The notes beneath the pieces are model-generated. The model did no database searches, was not told where the DNA came from, and saw only the letters and a list, made by a program, of their open reading frames with translations. A program made the position numbers and the translations under genes. From NCBI GenBank assembly GCA_002633005.1, contig NMRA01000028.1, positions 604,183 through 668,182 on the forward strand: a stretch of 64,000 nucleotides of DNA. Reading direction: 5' to 3'. Shown here piece by piece: positions 25,727-37,400 of this stretch (positions are counted from its first letter, which is position 1; each line of letters opens with the position of its first letter). The stretch is from Phoronis australis. Taxonomy: Eukaryota > Animalia > Phoronida.

Positions 25727-25732
25727 AATAAA
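25727..25732 (+). terminator. Likely polyadenylation signal of the RhoGEF gene
   Basis: AATAAA about 880 nt after the stop codon, followed by a T-rich tract. Confidence 0.45.
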
Positions 25733-26205
25733 GTACTTGTTACTTTTTCAACAGTTTTCATTTGCTCACAACCACAGTGTTTCCTGTTGTCAATAGACGG
25801 AAATTCTGTCAACAAAATATAATGTCTTTGAAAGTATAAAATTTTTCAAGAATTGTGACTTGAGTGTATCCTGATTATTTGCCGGGTTTTCTCAGTAAAA
25901 GAAAACACGGTAATTGAATGTCTATTTTTTTAGCACGGCTGAGGACTGCGTATAATGAACTTACAGTGAGTGTGTACTGAACGGAAACGCACACACGTGT
26001 ACACGCATGGGTACCAATCCACGAGCAGGACTTTGGATGAACAATATCTTTGCATATTTGACGATCGCTTTCTATTCAAAAGTTTAAAATGCCTGCACTT
26101 GACCGTACTATGCTAGCAATTAAACCACGCCAGTCCCCTCCCCGTGCTTGCGATGCCACCATATTTTGTGTACCAAGTCTCCCACGTCCGCCCTAGGTTG
26201 GGACA

Positions 26206-26352
26206 CAGCGGCTGATTTAGGGGAGGCATGGCCCCTCTAAAATTCTCCCAGATTCCATTTGGCAGTTCGGGGGTGCGAATTTCTGACGGCTAAAACAATG
26301 GCTAATACTCTGCCCTCCCCCACCTCAACTTAAAATCCTGGTTCCGCCCTTG
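26206..26352. mobile_element. Short hAT-like MITE with 5-bp TSD GGACA
   Basis: Imperfect TIR CAGCGGCTGATTTAGG / CCTGGTTCCGCCCTTG, with GGACA on both flanks. Confidence 0.5.
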
Positions 26353-26726
26353 GGACAATCCCTGGAATCCAGCCATCAAGAGTTGAGTAACCGTGAACCA
26401 ACACGGAGATTAAGAATGGGCCTAAGACCAGTATACTGACCGGTAGCGAGGAGCTGCCTCAAGTAGCTATAGCTGAGATCTAACTGAAAATACGAAATTC
26501 CCGATAAACTAAAGCTTGTTGCTGGCCAGGTAATCTGCGTTCGCTCTAAGGTCAAGATTCCTTATATTGTGCTCCAGTTTTATTTTGGTCATTCTTTGAA
26601 AGAGCTTTTTTCGAAAAGGTGAGGTGCCGAAATCCCTGGTATAGTGCCTTTGGGGCTGTTTCAAAATCCCTCGTTGAAACACTGATTACCGGTATGAATC
26701 TAGTTTCTGGTGGCTGGGGAGAATGA

Positions 26727-26965
26727 TACAGAGTATGTCCTAAAAATGTACACAATTCAACGCCTGGAGTTCAAATTCAGTTTCCGTGGATCACTGAGAT
26801 TCTGCGCGGGCCTACTGCATGGTCAAATCTTATTTTTAACGTGGGTGCGTCAGTCATGACGTGCATGACGGGAATCTGGTCAAGCAAACAATTCAGTTTT
26901 GAAAAACAAAAATTCATTGCTCAATACTACTGGAAACTAAAACACCAAGAAAGTGCAAAGACAAC
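26727..26965 (+). mobile_element. Possible Tc1/mariner 5' remnant
   Basis: TA-CAGAGTATGTCC TIR-like start, followed by a frame reading SKQFSFEKQKFIAQYYWK that recalls the N-termini of DUF4817-type mariner transposases. No right end found. Confidence 0.3.
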
Positions 26966-28939
26966 CTTCCCAAGCAATGGGTTTAATTATATTCATTTAA
27001 TTTTTTTACTCAAACGTTTTTTCGATCTACGGTTTGTGAGTCCGAATTTCACCAATGTCTTTGAGAGTTATTTTAGATATCACAATCTTCTAAGTGTACT
27101 TTACTATTTGGGGATCAGATTATAGAGTTTTCCAACTTCAGGTTGAAATTAAATTCTCGGAAACATCATCAACTTTTATAAGATTAGCTTCTAATTGTCA
27201 AAAATCATCTATGAATCTATCGATTTTCGTAGATACATACAATGGCAAGTAAAAAAGAAACCAGCAAATTTATTTATCTAAACGGAATGTTATAAGCAAT
27301 GCATGTTCGCAGACTTTGATGGGTAACCGCGAAGTATGGGAGATGGAGCAATCGTACTAAGGTGTGTTGTTGCTCAATTCAGAGGCCCCTATAGCGGTTC
27401 ACGGGGTAAACTTGAACTCCACTGACAAAGAAAAACGTTGAAATGTGATTGCGAGAGTTGTTTGAGTACCCCTTTCGACAAGTACACGGTCATTACAAAT
27501 AGTAGCCTAGACAACAGTGTTTACCACACATTTTGGGAATTCCTTACAAACAACTCATAGTAACCATCTTCAAAAGAGATACTATTCTTGTGCATACTAC
27601 GCAAAACAGTAACATTATTTTGTAACTAATCATCTGAAATAGTCCTTTTGTGTAATTCACAGATGGCGGTCTTCACGTTCTTCAAAATTACACGCTTTCA
27701 ATGGCGGTCAATCCTATTGTATTTTTTCACATTTTGGTTGTTTGGGTCTAATGTCTTGATACTGCTGTGCTGTGCACGAATGTGTGTTTTTTGATGAATT
27801 TGGAATCTCATCTTCCCTCGTCAATACTTGGCAGTGTCGGATTTACATGTATAGAGGGACAAAGGGACATTTCTCCCGAAATTCTCCACCGAGAGAAGGT
27901 ACCGCCTGAAATGGGACACCTTAAGATGAAAGGCTAAATATCATTAAGCTTGGAAAAAGGAGTGGCAGTTCATCCCAGCGTAGTGTGGTCCCAAAACGAT
28001 GCAGGGAGTGAACTCCTTCAACAAGAAAGCCGGTTGCACGATTTCACAAAAAAAAAGGAAAATAGAGGTAATAGATTCTGGCATTGGGCCCTCCGTGAGC
28101 GGCGCCTTAAGAATTTGTCAATAGAAACACAAAAATGAAAGGATGACAACTTGAATGCCATGAATGGCTTCTTTCAAAGCCGTGGCCCTTAAATATAAAA
28201 ATATCTATATTTTCGAAAATCAGGAAATTCGCAACAATTGATGTTATATATCAGGACATCAATTTTTCTCAAGTACTATACAATGTTGAGAAAAAATAGT
28301 GCGAAAGTTGTCTCTGGCGTTATCCCTTGCCAGAGAGGCGCCTCTGGAAAAATATAGTTTTGCATTCGCAAAATTGACTTATTGAATTTAAAAATCCAGT
28401 AAATTAGCACACTCCGCAAAAGCTTCGCTTTACAAATTTTCTCGATGTTGCTCTGTATCGGATTGATTACGTACACGTTTTCACTGAAGTGTTTCTAAGA
28501 CGAACTGTGCTGCTGAAAAGAGGAACCCTAACGACAATGTCCTGGCCAGGGTCCTCAAAAGATAAACTATGCTCTGATACAGAGTTGTTAATTGTTTCTC
28601 TTGAATTTTCTCTCATATCCATATTTTGCAATCTTTCGTTTCTCAACTGCCTTGTCCGCGGCCCTACGCCTTTGTCGGTTGCCACGGTTTAACCCTGACG
28701 CGTCTTTTGGGGAACCGTGGAAATTGCACTATTTAGTCTCAGTACTACAAAAACAAAAAACAAAAACGCTTGTTCAATCAAAATGATAGTTTAATCTCAA
28801 AATCACGTGCGTCAACTTGGAATAGAAATTTATTCCAAATTCACTCAAGATTCCAAGTTCACAGACGTACCGGTGGGTGCCCGGCCTCTCCACAAAATTA
28901 ACAACAGGTGTCGTTTTTAGCAAAGCCGCTATGTGTCGC

Positions 28940-29028
28940 TAACGTCACTTTTCAACCAATCAGCGAACAGACGGCAATTTTAAAAGGTTCGATAGTAAGT
29001 TCGTGTGTTTTGTCTGGGTATCGTAAGT
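28940..29028 (+). promoter_or_regulatory. Candidate KIF4 promoter and short non-coding first exon
   Basis: CpG-richer region with AACCAATCAG (CCAAT at 28956), a CHR-like TTTAAA (28979) preceded by CGGCA, and GTAAGT donors at 28995 and 29023. The KIF4 ATG sits 7 nt after an acceptor at 31480, which suggests an upstream 5'UTR exon. Confidence 0.45.
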
Positions 29029-29840
29029 GATATTTCTATAAAGATCTCAATAGTTTGGTCATTTTTCAGTGCAGTTGTTATTTTATGTATATAGTTTCGT
29101 TGAATCAGTATTTATTATGATTTGTGTCCAATTTACTCCCAATTTGAACCTCCTGTAGGAGCTCCACCATCTCTTCTGAGCCAGCTAGAATTAAGAAACA
29201 ATGATCACTGAGTGATAGTAGTGATACTGATGGCTAACTCGGTCCCGCTTCACCTCCAAAATAGGGCCTACCTAATTTCAGTGGTGCATTATTTATGATT
29301 GTGTTGTGTCTTACCCCGACCACGTTAGTCTAATATACACTAGAACTATAAGACAGCTTACCTAACTGGTTATGGAATTGGAAAAGTCTCTAGAGTCGAT
29401 AGTAGATATGCGTTGGAGTCTTTTCAGAGTTCGGCTTGTCTCTCTCGAGTTTCAAGTGCGAAGAACGAGTGAACCACGAGGTTGTGACGTCATCGTTACA
29501 TCATGTTACCCAGCAGGTTCCATCTATTCTCCAATCCCAGCCAAGATAACAGAGAAGCCCGCGAACCTGACTATCCAATCAAACCTCACGTAACATATGC
29601 ACTGGTTCACTACAATTGCTTAACTTGGGTAAACAGGCTCAATAAAAGACTTCATATTTTTTTATGGATTTGTCTTGAAAAATATGCAATTAGATTGTAA
29701 TCAATGCAGGGAAGCTGAGTGATGAAAACATCATTTTAGCGATCCCAACTGGATTTTTATGTTTTGTTAAAATGAAATGCGATTCGCTAGTTAAGCAATC
29801 ACTAATTATGTACTGAGGTAGTTGAGGGAATCACACATAT

Positions 29841-31419
29841 CACCCATTTGTATTCGGTCAAATCACAATCAAGGTCCATATTCGGTGGCCACTTCTGGTG
29901 AAAAATTAAGGTTGTAACTGTAAAAGCTGGGTTATTTTAAAGTATCACCATTCCAGGTTTGTAATCTAAAATATTTTTGCACAAGAACCACCAAATAAAT
30001 TTTTATGGCATAATGCATCGCAGTTGTACAAAAGGGTATGTACACTGCAACTTGTGGTCACAACCCACTTCTGCAAAAATTCATAAGGTAGCTGTTAATT
30101 TAATAAGTTTTTGATTAAATTGAAGAAGTATCACATTATTACTAAAATAAGCAAAGTTATTATTGCTGATCAAGTTGCTCTAGATGATGATACATTGCAT
30201 ATTTTAACACAATATAATGAGAACTTCCTTCTTTTGCAATATGATTCTTACAAAAAGAAAATGACAAGTAACTATTTTTTCAAAAACTTTATTGGTGCTA
30301 TTTGCCTCATTTTCAATACATTCACCAGTTGGTCAAAATAGTTAAAGCAATGTTAGGCCTGGTGTTCCAATTGTAAACAGTAAAAAATGAGAGATAGAGA
30401 ACCTGCCTCTGCAACATCAGTTGTCACATGACGTGTCTTCTAGGATTTTCAGTACGAGCCATGAGTCCTGTGTGGCATTTTATTGTCCACAAATTTGATA
30501 ATGTTCATTGTTTTTTTTTTGTCAGACTGTATTCATTTTGGAAATATCAGTATTGTTCATGAGAACAGCAGTATTTAAAAATTCTTGTGGGCAATACTTT
30601 ATAGCACAGAGGCTGGAGGTACGTACACTACAAAAAGGGGTACGTACACTACATCACTGTTTCTGCATCACATGGTAACATAATGTTGTATGGCCATTTT
30701 TTTTTCTTTGGTAATAATAAGCACCATGTTGTTATTTAAAAGGAAATAATTTCATTTGCAATGGCCACTTGTGTTACTGAATTCCACATGGGGGTATGTA
30801 CACTACATTTTGTTAGCCTTTTTGGCCCATTTTCAACATAGCAGAACCTATTCAATATCCAAACTTTTGGTTTGTTTAGATATTGAATAATTTGCTGTGT
30901 TGCCTAGGCTGACATATTTTGCAGTTCTTTTTGTTACAAAGTGTGAATTTTAGTTTTTAACCTTCTTTACAGTAGGTGAGGGTTAGAAACACAGAATTTA
31001 CAAATTTCGTAACGAGTGCCTGTTTTATGATGAACCCTACTATTTCTCAATGATTAAGCACAACTTCATCTAATTGACTCTGAAAATGACTCAAGTTATT
31101 CCCAGTCATATCTAAACAAGTGCTTGCTTGATAAAATAAATTTCTTTTATACTCTTGACAGTTGAAAATTGTTATTTTTAAAATTGCCTCTTGTAACGCT
31201 AAAAATGCATGAAATTCATAGACAAAAACATGCATAAATTTCTCAAACATTGTCCAATTTTGATGATTCTTTTTTAAGTTGCACAACTAAATAACCTTTT
31301 GCATAAATAATGAGATTCAGTTGGCATTTAGTAAGTGACCAAAAAAATTATTTTAGACCGTAACACAGTCAACTCTCAAATATGGACCTTGATTGTGATT
31401 TAGCCGATAAAGAAGGGCG
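29841..31419. mobile_element. 1.6-kb non-autonomous TIR element (CMC/EnSpm-like) in the inferred KIF4 5'UTR intron
   Basis: ~40-bp TIR: CACCC...TCGGTCAAATCACAATCAAGGTCCATATT and AATATGGACCTTGATTGTGATTTAGCCGA...GGGCG. AT dinucleotide on both flanks; four internal GGTAYGTACACTRCA motifs. Superfamily is tentative. Confidence 0.55.
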
Positions 31420-31487
31420 ATTCAGCATCTGAAAGTAAGATACCATGGTTTTAGTACTTTCCATATTTTATGGTTATTAGGTCAGCC

Positions 31488-34400
31488 ATGCCTTCCGAAG
31501 ACAAGGTTATCCCTGTCCGAGTGGCTCTACGGTGTCGCCCTCTAGTGACCAAGGAGGTGGCTGAAGGATGTCAGACATGTTTAAATTTCACTTCAGGTTT
31601 GTTCAGTTTTGTCTGTTTACTAGTACACATTTATAAAATCCATTCATTGATACTTTACAATTGTATTTTTCGTAATTGATACGCATTTTTCTGATGTTCA
31701 AACCTTTGCTTTGTCTTTTACTGACAATCTCTTTTGTCGAAATAATCTCATATCAAGCAGGTACATGCAATGTATTTTTACACTTGACCATATTTTGTCT
31801 CGTTTTCATCAGTGTTATGGTTTGCCATGGTTTTTTACAAAATTGCTATGGTAGAGCAAAAAATGGTTGATATATGACCTTGCTTTCTTTCTGCCTCCAT
31901 CAAAATAGTCTTGACATTGTCACTGGCAGCACCTACTCACTATGAGCACTGACCCCCCTACACAGTTGAACATTTCGTTGTGGTAAAAGAGTGATTTCAT
32001 GGGAAGTGACGGACACAAAATGGAAACTCGCTAGCTATTTTTAGGACTCAGAATTGAAGTAAGAATGTTGTTTGCGGTGCGACTTGATTTGAGCTGACTG
32101 TGAGTCGACACGCGAGTAGGTTATACAAAATTATTTTTATTGTCAAGTTGCAAAAGCATTTGCCAAGCTGGTGAATGGACTTAGCTCTACCATCGGTAGC
32201 ACTGCTCAGAATTCACTGCTTGCGAGTGGCTAGCATGAGCCTAGTTCTATTCTGCATTTTTGTTTTGTGATAATTTATTTTCTTCCAAAAGAATCTGTAA
32301 GTAACGAAGACTTGATAGTACTAGGCATTAGTTTTGCCAGTCTTTCAAGATATTAGCTGATTTTCTGTCCATTATTATTACAGGGGAACCACAGGTGTCG
32401 GTGAGCAACAGTAAGTCATTCACATATGACTTTGCATACTCCCCAAAAGTTGACCAAGAAGAGGTTTACAACCAAGCTGTGTCACCGTTAGTCAAGGAGA
32501 TTTTTAAAGGTTTGTGCAAATGCCTTATTTAAAGTATACTTTATTGGATGTGTCTAAACTCACAAATCTGATGTTTTTATTTATGGTAAAAATTTTGGGA
32601 CAGTCTGTAGAATTTGAGACAACAAAAGTTGAATTTTTTCATTCTGAAGTTTGGCACAAGGGCAGTTTTGGCATTCCTATTTCTTAAATTTCACACAATG
32701 TGCTTTCACTCTTCGAAGTGGGTAATTTTGCCACTTCTTCTATGATATTTTAATTTTAGGATGGTCTTTATCGCCTGTTTCTAGATTTTGGGACAAATTC
32801 AGACCTTAAGCAAAATAATTAATTTTCACTCTCCCAAATTGGAGAATTTTTCCATATTATATATATTATAAATTGTATTTTTGGCAGCAAATTTTCTTTT
32901 AAGCAAGCGCCATTGAACACAACGTGGCTTCTGCAGATTCTAACTTCCTGGGAATCCTCTCGTAAGCTCGAAAAGATACACACTCTTGTACACGTGCACA
33001 CTTGATGTCATGTGTTCATTTCTGATTTCAACAGTACTGTGTAGTTGATGTCATGTGTTCATTTCAGGTTACAACGCCACTGTGTTGGCCTACGGACAAA
33101 CCGGAAGTGGGAAAACGTTCACGATGAGCGGCGTGATACCTCGCGTGATCACAGAGCTGTACAGTACGATGGTACAGAGGGCTGAGTACAGCTTCACTGT
33201 CAAGGCATCCTATCTAGAGGTAACAAGCCAGTGCCTGTAGCCGTACTGGATTACGCTGCCAAGACCATATTAAAACCTGCTAATCCTACAGGCTGTTGCT
33301 CATTACTAATTCAATCTGCTTTTATTCTGATGCACCTCTCCACTAAAGCCCTAACAATAAAATAGTTGAAAATATCTCTCCCTGCTGCCTCTGTGTTTAG
33401 ATAGTCGCATGAAGTTTCAATTGTTTGACAAGCATTTTATCATTACTGTTTGGACTGCAACTTTGGCAGCTTCCGTTAACACTTGGTATCTTCGGACTCG
33501 GCTCAGTCTAAACCTGTGCAGTTCCTTGTAACTCTCAGAATGTATTTGATATATTGGGGCAATTCCATTTGTGACGGACCTAGAATCAGGTAATGTTTTG
33601 ATCAAATGCAAGTAGTTTAAATCCGTAGCAACTCCTTTACTTGATTTTATAGCTGTTTTTGTAACATTTAATTGCTTTAATTTGTCTTTTGTAAGTTTGG
33701 AAAGCACAAATAAGACCTAAAGTTATTTTTATTGATTGAAAATTGTAATTTCATGGGTAAGTGACGGACGCAAGATCTGCCTCGCGATTTCTAACTCAAC
33801 AAATGTTCTCTGGGATCTAAAATTTTGGTTGACAGTAGTTTAAAGAGAATCTGAAATTATTTTAATTTTGAGTGAAAACTTTTGACGTAACTAAACTTTT
33901 TAGCACTTTTTTGTGATGGACATACAGCACTTTGATATCCAGGAGTTGGCCTTTGACTCCAAGAGGTCGACGATGTGCTACGGGTCAAGTGATATTTTAT
34001 GAAGTATAGGCTTCATGCGATTGCACAAATTTTATAATATAGTGAAATACCTATACTTAGCTTATTTATGACAATAATTAGCAACGCACTTAAATATCGG
34101 AGGTTAGTTCTAGGGTCAAGTGACCTCCGAAAATGGATCTATTCAGGAAAAAATTGAAAGTTATTGTGAAAGTTATTGGAAATTCAAATATGGGTCTTGA
34201 GAATCTGGGTTTTCAGATGATACCAGAAATGTTAATGTAGACACAATTTTGATTTGTTGTCTCTAGGTTGACCTTTTCACATAATTGCCCCTAGTTGATA
34301 GCTTGTGTGCTACACACTGGTTAGGGATGTGTTGTGATACATGATGTTGCTAAATTTCATTTGCAGATTTATAATGAAGAGTTGCAAGATTTGTTGGCTG

Positions 34401-37400
34401 GTCGCAAGGAAGGTGACTCACTCGCCATCCGCGAAGACAACGGAGGCATAAAGGTACCCTTGTTTTGATGAATGATCTGTCCGTGTCAGGAACAAATTGT
34501 TAGAAAGGAATGATTTGTGCCATACAATTTATCTATGCAGTTAGAACAAAGAGTTTATTTTTAATCTGCTTCGATTTGTCCACCTTGCTGTAATTAAGAA
34601 CTACCATAGTAATCTTTTTTCAAAAAAGTGCTGTCATTTTTGATTGAATTGGTAAGTTTTACTGCATCTGATTATTACCAAAATTCTCATGAAAACACTG
34701 TTGTTTGTTCATCATAGTGCAAAAAAATTGAAAAATTAGATTTTGAACAAAAGTCAAAATTTTCAAATTTTCATTTTATTTTGCTTCCTGAGAATTAAAT
34801 TACTGGAACCCATCATCACTGTTGTTCTTTATACTCGCTCCATGTGACTTCTCCTTGACACATCAAAGCATTCTCCTTATACCATATTTCTCAGATCCCT
34901 GGTCTGACTGAGACAACAGTGTCGGGCCCTCAGGACCTGCTGGACTGTCTAGAACGTGGCTCCATAGGCAGGACCACTGGCTCCACGGCTATGAATGCTA
35001 CCTCTAGTCGGTCACATGCCATCTTCACCATCAGTTTGGAGAAAAGCAAGAAGGATGACCCGTAAGTTACTACTATAACGTGCTTCATTTAGTCACTGTT
35101 TGTGCCTGGGGTACATAACATTTCAAAACTGCATTTGTTTTCCTCTAAAATAAGAATATGAAATAACTCTTTTGTCAACTATATTGTATGTTGTGAAATA
35201 TTTCCATACCATGAAATCAATTTATTTCTCCTGTCAACAGGAATAGAGACGGTACCTATAAAGAAAGTGAGTTGAGCCAAGGGCAGATCAATTTAGTGTA
35301 TTTCGTTGGTCCTTTTGCTTGGTAGTATAGTTGTGCAGTGACAGACAATCTCTGGGCCGCATCACATTCTCACGTCTGACATTCATTTACACTTTTTTGA
35401 GGCACTAGCTCTGCTGCTGCGTAAGTTGTTGACAAGTTCAAAAGATTCTGGTGTGTTTTCAGGAATGACACATGTCGCTCAAAGTTCCACCTGGTTGACC
35501 TGGCGGGATCTGAAAGAGTGAAGAAGACTCACGCAGAAGGTGGAAGATTTAAAGAAGGTGATTGCTTTCAACCAGCAGCCAATCATTGAAGCACAAAATA
35601 TGATTGTTATTGAAATTGTGTTTCTAAATTAGAATATTAAAGTCAACCTGTTTTCTGTTTAATACAATGTGCTAAACTCCAGTATTTCATCAGAAAACAA
35701 TCAATCTAGTCTACTGCTATTCTATGAGCTACTTATGTTGGGAGAATGGTTTGTATATTACTTCATTGTTGGACAATAGTCTTGTATAACATGCTTGTAT
35801 TCTTAGAACTTATTAATGCCTGTTATTCAGTGGAGAAAACTGGTTCTCAAAATTCTGGCATGTAATATCAGACTATTACCCATTGATGTGTATGTGTATA
35901 AAAAGGAACACAATCTCAGGTATTCAACTGCACTATTGAAACATTGACTGATCACATTCCTTTATTCTGCTTGTAATGTTGGTGACACTGCGCCTGTTGC
36001 AGGTGTCAATATTAACCTGGGTCTGTTGGCTCTTGGTAATGTCATTAGCGCTCTTGGTGACGAATCACAGAAGAGGAACCACATTCCATACAGGGACTCG
36101 AAACTCACACGCATTTTACAAGGTGATTGCTTGCTTTGACTCTTGTTTTTCTGGTAGTAGCTTGTAGTGGTGATTATTTAAGTGTATTTATACTTGAATT
36201 TGACACCAATTTAGCTGTCATTATAGGTGTGGAGAGCAACTTAAAATGATATTTAGGTATGAAAGTTGACTGTGTTGAATTAGTGAAGAGCTGAATGTGT
36301 GAGTGACAGAGCAGGTTGACAACTGATTTGGACTTTACATCTGACCCCTTACAGATAGATTGTTTTGTTTCTACCACATTAAGTGGATAATTATTGAGGG
36401 CTGTTCCAGTAAAATCCGTGTGGGAGGGGGGGACGGCAGTAGAAATAAAAATTCATGGGTGGTGGTCTTCAGAAAAAAACTCAATTTATGGGTGGTCGTT
36501 CCTGTAAGAAGTGGTGCATTAAAAACGGGTGGTATTTTTTGACCTGTTAATGTTGACAGGATGGTTACTTCAGCCAAACACATCTTCAAAGAAATCAAAA
36601 CTCAAAAAATGCAATTGGCATATATCCTAACTTATCCCAATGCAAAAAAAGCCCATATTGCCAGTGAACAGAGTGCAATATGTTCACTAAGCCATTAATC
36701 AAGTCATGGGCAACTTGATTTAAGCCAACTGTTTGTCTGCAGTCCTATTGAATTGAAAAGTTATGCAACACTAAACTGGTGTTAACACATATAGAAAAAT
36801 TGATGATTTTTAAATAAAAAGTATGAGGAGTAAGATAAACAAGTTCCGATATTCACTTGACATAGAAGTATAAAAGAGTTCGTGGAGACAGTTTGAGATT
36901 CATAGATCCTTATAATTGAAAAAATGTTCATTGAAATTATAGACACATGGTGAACAGAGACACCTGGTGGCTGCCAAAAGTATTGCTCACAGGCTACTTT
37001 AGATTTTGACAATATTGGACAAGACAACTAGTTCTTGTCTGTCAATCATCTAAGTTCTTAACAGGTCCTCCTGGAGGCAATTTGTTTGCAAGTGTTCGAT
37101 TTTATATTTTAACCTATTAAAAATAATTAAAAAATTATGGGTCATGGGTTGGAGAAATAAATGAAAAGTATGGGCGGTGGGTACGAAATAAAAGTGCCTT
37201 CCTCCCCTCCCATACAGATTTTGCTGGAACAGCCCTAAAGGGATTCTAGTCATTAATCAAAGAATCTTGTAACTTGTTGCCTAACCATTCGGTTGTGGAT
37301 AACTTTTGACATGTTAACGGTCACTTCTGTGCGTTCTTGCTTCATATATCTGTCATGACTGACTCGTATGCATAAACTCTGAACATCCAGTTGCACAGAT

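Noticed and set aside
26380-28900. CpG-richer intergenic region examined for RNA genes or an additional protein gene
   Set aside because: No tRNA cloverleaf, snRNA signature or spliceable coding chain was recognised; it looks like repeat fragments plus promoter sequence.
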